Assembly (NCBI GenBank): GCA_051362555.1
Contig: CM120649.1
Location: forward strand, 3,596,001-3,660,000
Direction of reading: 5' to 3'
Source of the DNA: Lingula anatina
Taxonomy: Eukaryota; Animalia; Brachiopoda
DNA length: 64,000 bases
Shown here: positions 1-12,505 of the stretch, piece by piece
How positions within the stretch are numbered: position 1 is the stretch's first letter
Layout of the letters: every line of letters starts with the position of its first letter
Translations under genes and position numbers: made by a program
Notes under the pieces: model-generated
What the model was told of the DNA's origin: nothing
Seen by the model: the letters and a program-made list of their open reading frames with translations, nothing else
The model's database searches: none

Positions 1-256
1 TTAGCATGAGCTAGAACAGATCTTATCTTCATACTTATATTGCCAAATTTTGTGATATTATAATTGACAATAATTGCATGCTGATTTTGATTAGCATGCA
101 TTGTTAAAGTGACCTTTAAGGTTAATTGCCCTTAGGTATTTTTTTACATTTTATTAACAGCATGCACAAGCATAAGTTTGAGATATGTTTCACATAGTAT
201 TAATTTAAGAACACTTTTATTTAGGAAGGGATTTAATTTTATTCCAATTTTAACAG

Positions 257-3200
257 GTATTTTGAGGAGTTCAAAATGGGGATTGCACTGAAGAAGTCCT
301 TTATTATGTGTTAGGTAACTGTCTTAAAGGTTTTGTTATAATTAATATTGTTGATATCAGTTTATTGACACCAGCTGTACTGTGGCATATAGGGTTGTGA
401 GAACACCATCTAAATATCACATTTGACGCAATGTCTTAATGGGCACAATATCACAACCAAGACACTGTCACTTTTCACAGCTTCACTACCAACACACTGT
501 CACTCTTGGTGACAACGCCGCGACCGTCAGTGTCACACCATATATTATCATTACATTACAAGTAAAATATTGCTCTAAATATACATGTTAAATTTTGCTA
601 AAGAGATTAAATGTTTTTCTATATGTGAGGCATGGTGTTTTTGATCCCTCGTCAAAGACCTAGATCACAGGGCTGTTTCATCAATGTGAGCTTTTTTTAC
701 TAATTTTACGCAAGAAACTATGAAAATCCTTTTTCTATGTGTAAGGCATATACACAAATGAATGCCTTAGCTGTGAAAGATATATGGAAACTGGAAAGTG
801 GTAAAATTCATTTATATTAGGTTTATTTTGGTTCAGGTTATATTGGCTTGGTTTGTGTTACTTTCATTTTCTCTTTTGGTTTATGTTTTACTTTCTTAAA
901 AGCTATTTTAATGGGTAAGTTTATAACCTCGGGGATAATATCTAGACTTGGATTTTTGGTTGGTTTTGGCCCCCTTTTCCTTTTGCTGCAGAACTTAAGT
1001 TTTTAATTTCTGTTAATGATGTACAGATAATTGTTTTGTAATTCAAATATTCACAATCCATTGAATTTGAAAATGAAAATAAAATCTAAATGACAGGATA
1101 AAATGTGTGGAAATGATGTAGTTGATTAAGGTCAATTTCTCATGTTTCTCATAAGTTGTAATTTGGATCAAGTGAAAATCTTTTGACTTTTTTTTTTCAA
1201 AATATTCTGTTAGTGAACATTGAAGGCATTATATATGGCATTTTATATAGCTTTGTTCAGACTACATCAGCAGTCAGGCAGTAGAAATATAGTATTGTCA
1301 CTTTAAGCTGATTTTTGGATTTCATGATGTGAACCAAATTTAGAATAATTATAGTAGTTTCTTGATTTTCAAATAATTAAACTCCAGTATTCTCACTATA
1401 ATACACTGGACCAATGAGGTCTTCATCTGAATAATTATAAAGTAATCATGTGAGCTCACCAAATATATAAATATATACACACTGAATAATTTTAATTAAT
1501 TGATTTTTATTATTGAAAAACAATTTCATGTTTCCAAGATGGCGCCGACCTATGGCGACACTCCTTTGAGAGCTTATCTTATCAAACTTTCCAGTGTCTC
1601 AAAAGACCCTACCCTTCATCAGGGTGTGAGGATTGAAAGAGATACTGAAATGTTGGGGCAAAAAAAAAAAAAAAAAAAAAAAAAAAGTTGCCTTAAGAAA
1701 TTAATATTATAATTAAAAAAATTATAATATTATAATTCTTCATATGTAACATCAGTGATGGAATTCTTCACTGAATGATATGAGTTCATCACGCATGATA
1801 CAGTTACTTTTTTCTGTCCCATGATCTATTATATCTATCAGTTATATAAAAATACAAGATGATTACTTGGTTTAACATTTCCTGGCCTTGAGATGACCTC
1901 TGACTGATAAAGTTCTAATTATTGGTAATGTTTGAGCAGTGTAAGTGGAGTTTTCATGCTGCACTGGTACATAATAATAATTAATTTTTTTTCCTTTGAA
2001 AACAAAAAAGATGAAGGACAGAATATGTTTACTTGTTGACTGATAATTCATCTTGAACTGATTCAGATTATGAGAAATTGATCTTAATTGTTGATGTTCC
2101 TCCTTTTATCTTTCTTGCCCTGTTTTTGTCTTGATTGTGTGTTGATTTGTGTCCTGTTTTGTTTCTGTTTTGAGGTTGGGGAAGGGGACCTCTCAGCTAC
2201 AACAACCACACCCTCTACTGCCAGCTCAGATGATGTCCAGATGCTAGAAGTGTAGCAACTTCCAGAAGAAAAAAAACTGACACTGTTTGGTCTTTGTTGT
2301 GTTGATTGTGATGCTGTCTCACCTAACACATTAAATGGTCCAGGTTGGGTTGGATGGGCCTTGTGCCTCACTTAATACACTCAGTGGTCCTGGTTGTGTT
2401 GGTTGTGATGCTGTCTCACTTAACACATTGAATAGTCCTGGTTGTGTTGGTTGTGATGTTGTGTCTCACCTATCAGTTTAAAAGTGGCATAATACTTCAT
2501 CTAAAACAGCTGCTGCTGTTTTCAGTATCCAAGTATGGGCACATGTACACACGCACACACACACAGTGCAAATTAAGTTGCATTCAGTATAATGTTATTG
2601 ATGATAAACACAGGGATGATGACAGTATGAAGTTTTGTTAGTGTGGAAATGCAATTTACAGTAGGTAACACCTCAAAGATTTACTGCATTTATCATAATC
2701 AAACAAACAGACACAGTGTTTACTACAAAAGCCATACAGACAGAATTATACTCAACAGTATGGAAAAAACTTTATAAGCAAGTTGTTCATGTCAATTAAT
2801 TTTTTCAGCCACATTTATCAGGGTCCAATCTTTTAATTGAAAGCTCCTCAGCCAGTATTACAAAGTGAACTTTATGTAGCTGGCTATCCAAGTTGAACGA
2901 AATAAGCTACATCCATTCTCCTGCCTGGACATTTTGTATCCAAGATTGTTTGTTAAAATTATTTTTAATATTTATATATGGAAAAAAGGAAATGCTCTTG
3001 AGAAACTCAGCAATCACCAATTAAAAAAAAAAGACATGGATGCAAAAAAATAAAGACTGGTGTGTTTTAGCTGTTTGGAGCCTGACAGTTTCACCCTTTA
3101 TCAAAGGGCATTGGTCACGTGATTGAATCATCAATGTGAGCTCTTGAAATTAGTATTACCACTTTTACTCAAGAAAATAACTCTTATCTTTTCAAAGGGA

Positions 3201-3487
3201 AAAATTGTTATTTTTACAATTTTTTTTTAAATTTAAAACATACCTATTGAGTGGTGGCAACAAAATTGAAAGGCAGGCTACCATATTGTTTAATTATATG
3301 TAGTAAAAGCACTACAAATACTCAATAGAAATTTGATTTTTATGATTTATAAATTATGTATCTGAAAGATTGATGATTTTTTCCCATTGAAAAGATAGAA
3401 TCATTATCATAGATAATGTTTATATGGATAATATATACATGTGTGTTTTTAAAAGTCAGGAATGAAGCTCTGACATCACTTTAAAAA

Positions 3488-3568
<81 letters not shown>

Positions 3569-6500
3569 GTGTATATATAATGTGTATACATAGTAAATAG
3601 TGTAGATATCCATTAGATTAATGGACGGAACCTCCACAGAATTAATGGTGTATTTGTCAACAATAAATTTTTATAAAATGAAGTAACTGTATACTTGTGT
3701 TCTTGAAGATTCAGACTATAAAGTGTTCAAAAGCGAATGTGGCTAATTTATTAACACAGGTCAAAATTGCTGATCTCCAGTGCCATTTGGACAGTGAGGC
3801 AGAAACCAGATTTTTAGAACACAAAGCTGGTTTAAAGTATATAGCTTGCAATTTTTTCACTGACTTTTGGTATGGAAAACCTTGGTGATGGAAGGAAAAG
3901 TTTAGAAAAGTGATTTTTTTCTTTTTCTACATAAAATATGTAACACACTGTTCTGTTAACTGCCAACTGTTTGAGAAATGGAGAAATGTTATGAATACAG
4001 CATTCCACTATGTGTTGCTTTTGTTGACTACAACAAAGCTTTTGATTCAGTAGAGACCCAGTCTCATATATAGAAACCTAAAAGACCAAGCATGGATACA
4101 TTGAGATCTTTAAAGATATGTATACTGATAGCTCTGTAAAAATAAAACTATTTGAAAATTTGCACATAAAAATTGGTAGAAATCCAAGGAAATTTGTAAC
4201 TACTGTAACACCACATCTTAATATTAAATATTATACCTGGTCCAGTCAATCCCTGAGCAGCAATTGTTTTAAAAAAAGATGACAAAACGAAAATGATAAA
4301 CAAATGAATGAAGTGTTTGAAGATTTCTATAATTTCTGTAACAGAAACCTGGATACGAAGGGATATTGTTACAACATATTCTTATTATTAGTGCACTGAT
4401 TACATTTCAGTTTCAGCTTTATTTGTCATTTTGTTCTTGTTCCAGTTAAATCTAGATGACATCCAGCCTGGAGTTAACACTATTACTTAATCTTTGAGGT
4501 AGCTTTTTGATGAGTTGCTGTGATAACATTGCATTTTGTTGATATTTATTTATTTATTTATTTATTTATTATTATTATTATTATTTTGGTTTATTTCATT
4601 TTACATGTATATCAACGTAGTTGCCTGAAAATTGCCTGCTCTGAATTTCAGTGCCATATTTGTGAAACACATGCGAGAAAAAAAAAAAAAACTTGAGTCT
4701 TTTGCTTCACCTGTGTACTGCCTGTCTTTTTGATCCAGCTTTGCCATATTCTCACTATTATCTGAAAACAATATATGGCAAAGCTCTTCTGAAATTCAGA
4801 GTGCAATTTTAATTTGCTTACTAAAATCACTCCAAGCTTATAACTGTTAGTTTTTTTTTGTTTGTTTTGTTTCTTATTTCTTATTTCTTTTTTTTTTTCA
4901 TTTTTTTTTTTTTTGTATGACTTCATTATAACCAATGCTGATATTCTTATTGCTAGATGGAATGAATGCAAAACCTGCATTAACAGCCAATAGCTGAGGT
5001 AGACGTATATAATAGAGGCTTTTTATTGGATGTAGTAGTTTAATTTTTACCCAGGTGTTGTCTTGGTGTGGGGTTGATATTGTCTCACATTTGTTATTTG
5101 AAAGTAAAGGGAATAGAGAGGCTGACAGACAGACAGACGGACATATGAACAGACAGACAGAAAGACAAATATACATAACTATAGAGACGGAGAAACAAAA
5201 GGTGTGGAGTGAAAAAAAAAAAGGAAAAACAGCCAACTTAGATTTTAATTTCTCATAAAAATATTATCCACAACAGTTACACAAATTTTTGTATAACTAT
5301 TTATGCTCCATCTGAGTTCTGTCATAATAGAATGTTACAAAACTTGTATTCCATAAACAGATTTGACAGAGTAGTTTAAAAAATGTTATTTGAAGAATTG
5401 AAATTTCAGATTTGAGTTGCTTTTCCTTTTATTTACCCACTACATACTGCCTCTGAGTGTCTTTCTGTTACTTACCTAGCAAGAAAACCATTTAATTCTA
5501 CCAGTGGCGTGGTTGAAAGTGAAATTCTGTACTGTATCCCATTATTTATGTTGTATCAATATATATTTATATTACCTGTATTGTTTTTATTGAATACTTG
5601 TCCTCCTTGAAGTATATTCTAGGACGATTACTGAATGTGATAATGTTTACCTGATCACCAGGTGGAAGCATTTACCTTGGGATGGGCTTGTCTTGGGACT
5701 TAAACTTTTATTTGCATAAACCTGCCTATATATTTTTTCATTTTTTCAGTTACATAATCCCCCCCCCCTTTTTTTTTCCCACCCAACTACTCTTTTCACA
5801 ATCTTTGTCCTGGACCAGCACAAACCCTATCATATCATTGTTGTATTTCAAATTGCTTTTCATAATTGAGATCATTAAGAACAATATTTTCAAATTTTTT
5901 GCAGTTTTTGTTTATACACATGCATCAAGTAGCCACATATTTATACACAAGTCTACATACACTTAAGAAAAATATCTTATACAATATCAGCATATCTCTC
6001 TCTCTTTCTCTTTCTATCTCTCGCACCTCTACACATCAAATTCAATTTTTTTTTTTTCAATCACAAGGGATTACTTTATGAGGCTATAGGGGAGGAGGAA
6101 GTTAGCTGTCTTTAGCTGTATTTACAGTCATGTTGTATACAACTTGATTGAAATGGTTTCCTGTAGGGGGAAGTAAAACTGCATTTGGGGTAGTTTGAAG
6201 GGGTGGTCTCTATTTGGGATATGTTTTCAAAGTGGTTGAAGGGAAGTTGTGGTTGAAGTTTTGGAAAAGAAATGTCTTATTAAAGCATTTGGATTAAAAG
6301 AGAAGACACTGATAGTTTTTTTTTTCATTATTCATAATTTATTTTAGGGATAAATATACAAAAAAAAATGGAAATTTAGAAAGGACAATTTTTGTGAAAA
6401 AAAATATGATAATTATAGTGAAGTATAGAAAGTCATCATTACACAAGTCACCAAACCAGCGATCAAAATGTTGTACAAAATAAATGCAATTTTCATAAAT

Positions 6501-6648
6501 AATAATACACATATTTTGAACTTAATTTCTGTTCCGTTTACAGAGCATGATTGATGACGGTGACCTTGGCCTTGGTGTGGATCGCAGGGATCACAGAATG
6601 CAGCCCACGAGAATTTTGATTCCAGGAATTGGAGGAGATGACGTGTGA
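257..6648 (+). CDS. Probable 3' exons of an unidentified protein-coding gene entering from the left; frame and exon usage ambiguous
   Basis: Short GC-richer blocks with canonical splice signals: 257-314 (ttttaacag| ... |gtaact; alternative donor after 309), 1539-1625 (tttccaag| ... |gtgagg), candidate last exons starting 2175 (ctgttttgag|) and 6544 (ccgtttacag|; SMIDDGDLGLGVDRRDHRMQPTRILIPGIGGDDV*, stop 6646-6648). AATAAA near 8589. No family recognised. Confidence 0.4.
2295..2472 (+). repeat. Degenerate short tandem duplications (TTGTGTTGGTTGTGATGCTGTCTCACYTAA motif)
   Basis: Three imperfect copies visible near 2297, 2394 and 2442. Confidence 0.6.
3495..3566. repeat. (TA)n microsatellite
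   Basis: Direct reading. Confidence 0.95.
3945..4160 (+). mobile_element. Non-LTR retrotransposon reverse transcriptase fragment (RTE-like LINE), decayed
   Basis: From 3981 translates EKCYEYSIPLCVAFVDYNKAFDSVET, matching the LINE RT F-x-D-x-x-KAFDSV motif; followed by YIEIFKDMYTD after disruption. Confidence 0.75.
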
Positions 6649-6652
6649 AACC

Positions 6653-6850
6653 TCGTCACACCTAACGCAATGTCACATCTGGCATAATGTCATACCTAAC
6701 ACACTGTCAGATGTGACATACCATCACACCTAACACAATGTCACATCTGGCATAATGTCACACCTAACACACTGTCACACCTAACACGCTATCACACCTA
6801 GCACACTTTCACACTGTTGCATCTATTACACTGTCCTACTGAACACACTA
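6653..6850 (+). repeat. Degenerate ~17-bp minisatellite (GTCACACCTAACACACT), immediately after the stop of the candidate last exon
   Basis: Repeated CACACCTAACAC units; same motif at ~460-540, in the 50.1-50.9 kb array, and reversed at ~60470-60530. Confidence 0.75.
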
Positions 6851-7165
6851 GAATTTGGTGTTGTAAATGCAGTGTACTGCAGAACCTAGGTAAAAATAGC
6901 ACAGACTGTACAAGCCAAGTGGATAATACATGTAAAACTCTGGCATTGGAGGATGTCAAATACTTTGTGATGCATTTCCTTAATCATTCAAACATGTTTT
7001 TGCACATGGAGATGTACAGCAAAATTTCATCACTTTTGAAGGATTTGACAGACAGGTTATGCTTTAGTCATCAGGGCTGTTAAATTCTGATGGTTTTTGT
7101 GAAAGAAACAAGGGCTTCGTATTGTGCTTTATGTATGTTATACATATGTAGTGGCTGCAGTGTTA

Positions 7166-7361
7166 GGGTGCATTCCCAGAGATTTTGATCGGTCCAGATA
7201 TTTAGATTTAGATCGACCTAACTCTCCAGCGCGCACCATAGTTAATTACCCCCTTACAGCTTTTAGTAGGCAGGACAGACGCTTAAGCCGGCTAAGCTGA
7301 CAGTAATCTAGTGAGACTCCCCACAGGGATAGATCGATCTAAAATCTATGGGAATGGGGTC
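7166..7361 (+). mobile_element. PIF/Harbinger-type MITE
   Basis: Imperfect TIRs GGGTGCATTCCCAGAGATTTTGATCG / CGATCTAAAATCTATGGGAATGGGGTC; TTA on both flanks; near-identical inverted copy at 59969-60193. Confidence 0.85.
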
Positions 7362-9034
7362 TTATTCACATCTTGATAATAATGACAAAAATGGATGTTA
7401 CTTGGATAGCTATCAACACTGGCATTTTTGGGTAGAGGGGAGGGAACCCACTTGTTTATTTATATTTGTATTTATTTACTTTATTTGTGTATTTTATTAT
7501 TATTATTATTGTTTTAAAATGTTTTTCTGCCTCCAATGGTTGGCAAATTTGAATATAAAAATACAATTTCAGAGGGAAAAGTGGAGTGAGGCTCATAGCA
7601 CCTGTGTCTGCAGTGACAAGAAATAGATTTTAATTATAATAAAACACACTATGGTGACACCTAAAATAGATTAACATATGAAATAGCTCACACTTGTTCC
7701 TAAGAATATACGGATATATGAGGATAATTCTGATTTATATAAAATAATTAAAAACATGGGAGTTAGTTTTTACGTGATGTATGTGTGTGTATATAAATAT
7801 ACTATGCTGAATGTTGTTGTGTCTGTACATATAGTGATCATAAGTAATTATCATGGCGCAGTTTTTGTATGTATTAATGCACATGCAGGCATGTACTGCA
7901 TATATGTGATAGTTATCTGCGCTTAGCAGTTGTGTAATTAATATTTTTTTGAATAGGACTTCTCATTTTAACGAACAAAATGGTATTGATATTATATAAT
8001 ATGTCCACCTAAGTTGTTACTCATACCACATGATATTGCTTTCTAAATCTTTTAGTAAGGTTTATTGTTATGCGGTCTTAGTATGTTATGAAATAATACA
8101 CTTTGTTGGTTCATATTTTTTTTTCCAAAAAGTAATTATTATACTTTGTAGTGCCAGTGAACCTGTGGTGTGCTGATAAAATCATTTTATCAAATTTTGT
8201 ATGCATTTGTTGTAAAATATTATCACATGTTCATAATTTAATAAGAGAACTGGCAGTAAGTTATCCAGGAAAAAGTATTCTCTTATTTACGGTGACCGGC
8301 TAGCCCAAGAGTAAAAAGAACTGGATTAATAGGGGAAAAAGATATAGGTCAGCAAATGGCCTGTATGGATATTAATTCGTATGTAGATGATTGACCACAA
8401 TGAGGCCGGGACGGTTCTGTATTTTTGTCATCTTTTGTTTTTTTTTTCTGTAATTGTATATGCATAATTTCTGTAAAATTTGTATAATTTCTGTCTGTAT
8501 ATACACAATTACTGTTAAGCAACCAGTCTGTGGAAATAATCATAGCTGTCAACAAAAAAACCTGCAAATTTGTGGAAATCGCTGCAAGAATAAATAAAGC
8601 AGATCTATTTGCATATAAAAATCATTTTAGATTTTTTGTGTTATTGAGAGCATTTTTACGCGAATTGTCCAGGTTTAAATTGTGTAGTAGGTGGATGTGT
8701 ATCCAATCTGAAAGATTTTCAGGAGTTGAGGCAGTATCACTAATTGGTTGATCAAGTAATTCATAAAATTGAAAACCACACTACCTAATTTTATAAACCA
8801 TTTAAGAATAAACAGTAATTCACACACATAAAAGTGACCATGAACAGTGATGCATGAGAGATTTTAGCAGAAAATGTGTGTAATAATAAAAGATGAATTT
8901 TTTTGGTAAGCTGAGTCACTGTAGAGATGATTTCATCACACTCTTAAATAAAAAACAATGTCACAATTTTAGTATAATGTTTGGGTTCCCTTCCAGATAG
9001 GGAATGTGATAAATTTTAAATTTGGTCTATCAAT

Positions 9035-10271
9035 GTTACCCTGAGTGTCAGAGCAACGTAAAAGCTAGCTTGCTAAATATACCTTGTGGTGGAGTCGCTT
9101 TTACTAGCACTGAAGACCAGCGGCCATGTTAGGTTTCCGTCAATCAAATAGAACTGCTCCGCAGTGAATCTGCAGTTGAATGTCATCAGACCAAAATAAA
9201 ACGTAAAACAAATTTAATTCTGCTTTATTTAATTTTATTTGCTGTATTTAAGATGTAAAGAGAAAAAATAAATGAAGCTCAGGGTGCAAGAAAGGGAATT
9301 TGGTAAAAAAAAATTTCATTCAAAAGAATGATAAACATTCAAATTTGTGATAAGTGTTAATATGTGATCATGAAATGAACATAAATTGGGGAAAGTGCAT
9401 GCATCAAAATGTGCAGTTCTATGTGGGGGACACTAGCAACACCAAATATTTTGATTTATGGATAAATCTGGAATACTTATATGTCTAAACATATATTACT
9501 AAAATAGAATGCACTTTTTCAACCTTAAACATCCGAATAACACATTTACTTGTTATGCATCATGTTATGTACCCTGAGTGTCAGAGCAACGTAAAAGCTA
9601 ACTAGCTTAAATATACCTTGTGATGGAGTCGCTTTTACTAGCTCTGACAAACAGCGACAATCTGAGGGCATTCTTCTTCAAAATTTTGCCTGGGGCGCTT
9701 CCATATTTGGAAGTCACACGTCACAGCTGTGTCCGCCTGGATCCATATTTGGAAGTCATAAGTCTCGTACGTCACAGGTTTGGCCGCCTGGAGCTGCCTT
9801 TCCCGCCTCGCGCTGAAGTTATCTCGTGCAGACGAGACAAGAAGCAAAGTGCCTGACTAAGTTTGAATTGAAAATATCTTGCAGTCGAAGGTCAGTGCCA
9901 CAATAGAAGCAACATTCTGCTTTAAAAACTGATTTTGGTGTAGCCATTGCGCAGCCCTTAAAGTGGTATCGGGCACACAGTGTAGCTGTCAAATTTGGCA
10001 CACGGCAAGCACGTGTATTGCGCACATGTACATCTCAGGCCTAAATGTTCTTTGATAAGCAAAAAATACAAAAACATTGGATATATCTTTTCTGTTCGAA
10101 GAATATTATTTATTTTTTTACTTAACATCTTAAATACAGCAAATAAAATTAAATAAAGCAGAATTAAAGCTGTTTTAGGTTTCATTTTGGTCTGATGACA
10201 TTCAACTGCAGATTCACTGCGGAGCAGTTCTATTTGATTGACGGAAGTTTAACATGGCCGCTCTTCACTAG
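9035..10271. mobile_element. Non-autonomous DNA transposon with ~165-bp inverted repeats and an internal decayed Cys-rich ORF
   Basis: 9110-9277 is the reverse complement of ~10105-10270 (GCGGCCATGTT...GAACTGCTCCGCAGTGAATCTGCAGTTGAATGTCATCAGACCAAAA); ~78-bp direct repeat at 9035-9113 and 9568-9646; minus-strand remnant MATPKSVFKAECCFYCG...ASCLVC followed by stops. Confidence 0.75.
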
Positions 10272-10556
10272 AGCCGGTATTGTTGATATGGTTATATATG
10301 AAATCAAGATCGAGCTGGCAATACCGGAATCTAGAACCTAGGGTACATGATATGTTGAAATAGAAAGAAATCAGTCAAAGCTCAGCCAAAAACCTTTTCA
10401 GGACATTTTGTGAGAGAGGTCCAAAAATCTTTTTGATTTAAATACATACTGTGTGCTTTCAATAACAATAAAGGAAGAGAAAGAAACCACGAAATTTCAC
10501 CAATTTTTACTTTATCACTACATAGTGATATGACCACATATGGTAGATTTCCTGTC

Positions 10557-10587
<31 letters not shown>

Positions 10588-10673
10588 AGCCACTCCCTTT
10601 ATCCAAGTCCAAAAATGTCTTGAGTAACATAGTTTTATGCAGGATCATCATCTGATTGAGGATTCATCACAAC

Positions 10674-11162
10674 CTACGGTCGGGTTTTATGATTTTTCGG
10701 CACCTTAAACATGGGTCCATGACCGGGAACGATGTAGTCTGCTATTTCTAACACTTTGATACGACTCTGCTCCTGAAGTGTGGGGTTTTCGCTGACTTCC
10801 TGCCATAAAACGGGATTGTCTAGATCTTCTTCCTTCTCAAACAGATCACCTGCAGTAGAAAGAATTTGATATATTCTATCTATTTCTGTGAGTTGGCAAA
10901 AACAGGTTACCCAAAGAAGAAAAATGTGAAAAAAAAAAGTTTTAATTTTTGTATTTCATTTCATTGCAGTTCCCCCCACCAATGGTCACATACCCGCAAT
11001 GACCACTGTCCCCTGGTCAGTTCCTCTGACCACTACGCTGACATCTATTCCAGTATGGCCTGGTGTTGAAATAACTTTCACATGATTGTCATCTATCTCA
11101 AAAGGAATTCCCTGGAATGATGAAAAATATATTTACATGGAAATTAAAAAAAAAAAAAACTC

Positions 11163-11205
<43 letters not shown>

Positions 11206-12115
11206 TTTTAATCAGGTTAAAAAAGACCAAAAGGATATGTATATACGTACTGTATATAAAAACAAAATAACTCCGGTCAAAAATTTCATCTGAGTAATTA
11301 CAACAATGACAATACCCCCTTGAAGTCATGAAAGGTGTAAGCATCTTCTTTGTTGATCTCTATTCCTATGATGTGAGTGGCTTTAGTGAACAGATTCAGG
11401 TTGCCAACGTGGTCCCCATGTCCATGGGTTGCAACAAGGTAGTCTATGTCAGAGGGGGTTAAACAGTGTTGCTGTAGGGCTGTGGATGTAGATTAATAAG
11501 TAAATTACTTAGTAAATGAATACCTGACTAAATGTGAGTGTGCTTATGTTTCAGTGAATATTGATCAATTAATTATTAACAATTAATTAATAAATGGCAA
11601 AAAAAAAAAAATCAACTAATAATGCAGAAATAAAATGACATTAAAAAAAATTAAACTAATCTTAATCTTGTATATATTGTGATATTATTTCATCTACCTA
11701 ACAAAAATAAATGAATGGCTGTATGCAGCAAACAAAACAATACATTACAAGACACCCGTACATTCACACAACTTGAACATCTTGTATAGACTGGTACAGA
11801 AAGATAAAAAACTGCTCATTATACAGATATTTTTCTAATTCAAACAAACTAACAAACAACCGAACACACATAAATAAATAAATAAAAATAAAATTAATAA
11901 ATAAATGTGATAAACAAACTTTCTTAGAATTTTGGGAGGATTTATCCCAAAAGTGGATTGGGGGGAGGGGAGGAAGGCTCTCATATTCCATATACTAACC
12001 TTTCAGCACAAATTCTTTGTCCCAGGCGTTACCAGGGTCTACTATCACATTATGTGGACCTTTTACTAGAGTGATGGAACAATCTGCCTTGTATAGGCCT
12101 GAGGAATTAAAAAAA

Positions 12116-12192
<77 letters not shown>

Positions 12193-12505
12193 TGAATACT
12201 ATAAGTATAAAAGGTTCAGTAAAACACTGAATAAAGGTAAGAGTTCTTAAATTATTATGTTATGACCTAGACAACTACCTTGGTGTCTTGTCGATGAAAG
12301 AATTATATTATTATAATATGACCTGTAAAGCAAATGTGATAGACGCTCAGAGTCACAGATCTTAATTTTGTGAACAGGTTTGGACTGAAGGTATACATGT
12401 ACCGCAAAATGACCTAGTATTGTTGAAATTACCTGTGGTGTTATCTTGATATGAATATCCATCTTTGAGCACTATAACCCTGTATTTGGATGGCTTCCGA
12501 TCCAT
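10674..12505 (-). CDS. MBLAC1: Metallo-beta-lactamase domain-containing protein 1-like, copy A (209 aa to TAG; 222 aa if read to TAA at 10635)
   Basis: Coding exons 12505-12433, 12098-12000, 11479-11316, 11111-10994, 10849-10674, all GT-AG with consistent phases. Motifs VIVDPG, THGHGDHVGN (HxHxDH), TPGHT, AGDLFE, IVPGHG. Likely 5' UTR donor at 12712. Confidence 0.9.

Noticed and set aside
6548-6600. SECIS-like stem (ATGAC GGTGACCTTG...CAGGGATCAC AGA)
   Set aside because: No apical AA, imperfect core geometry, and it lies inside a likely coding exon
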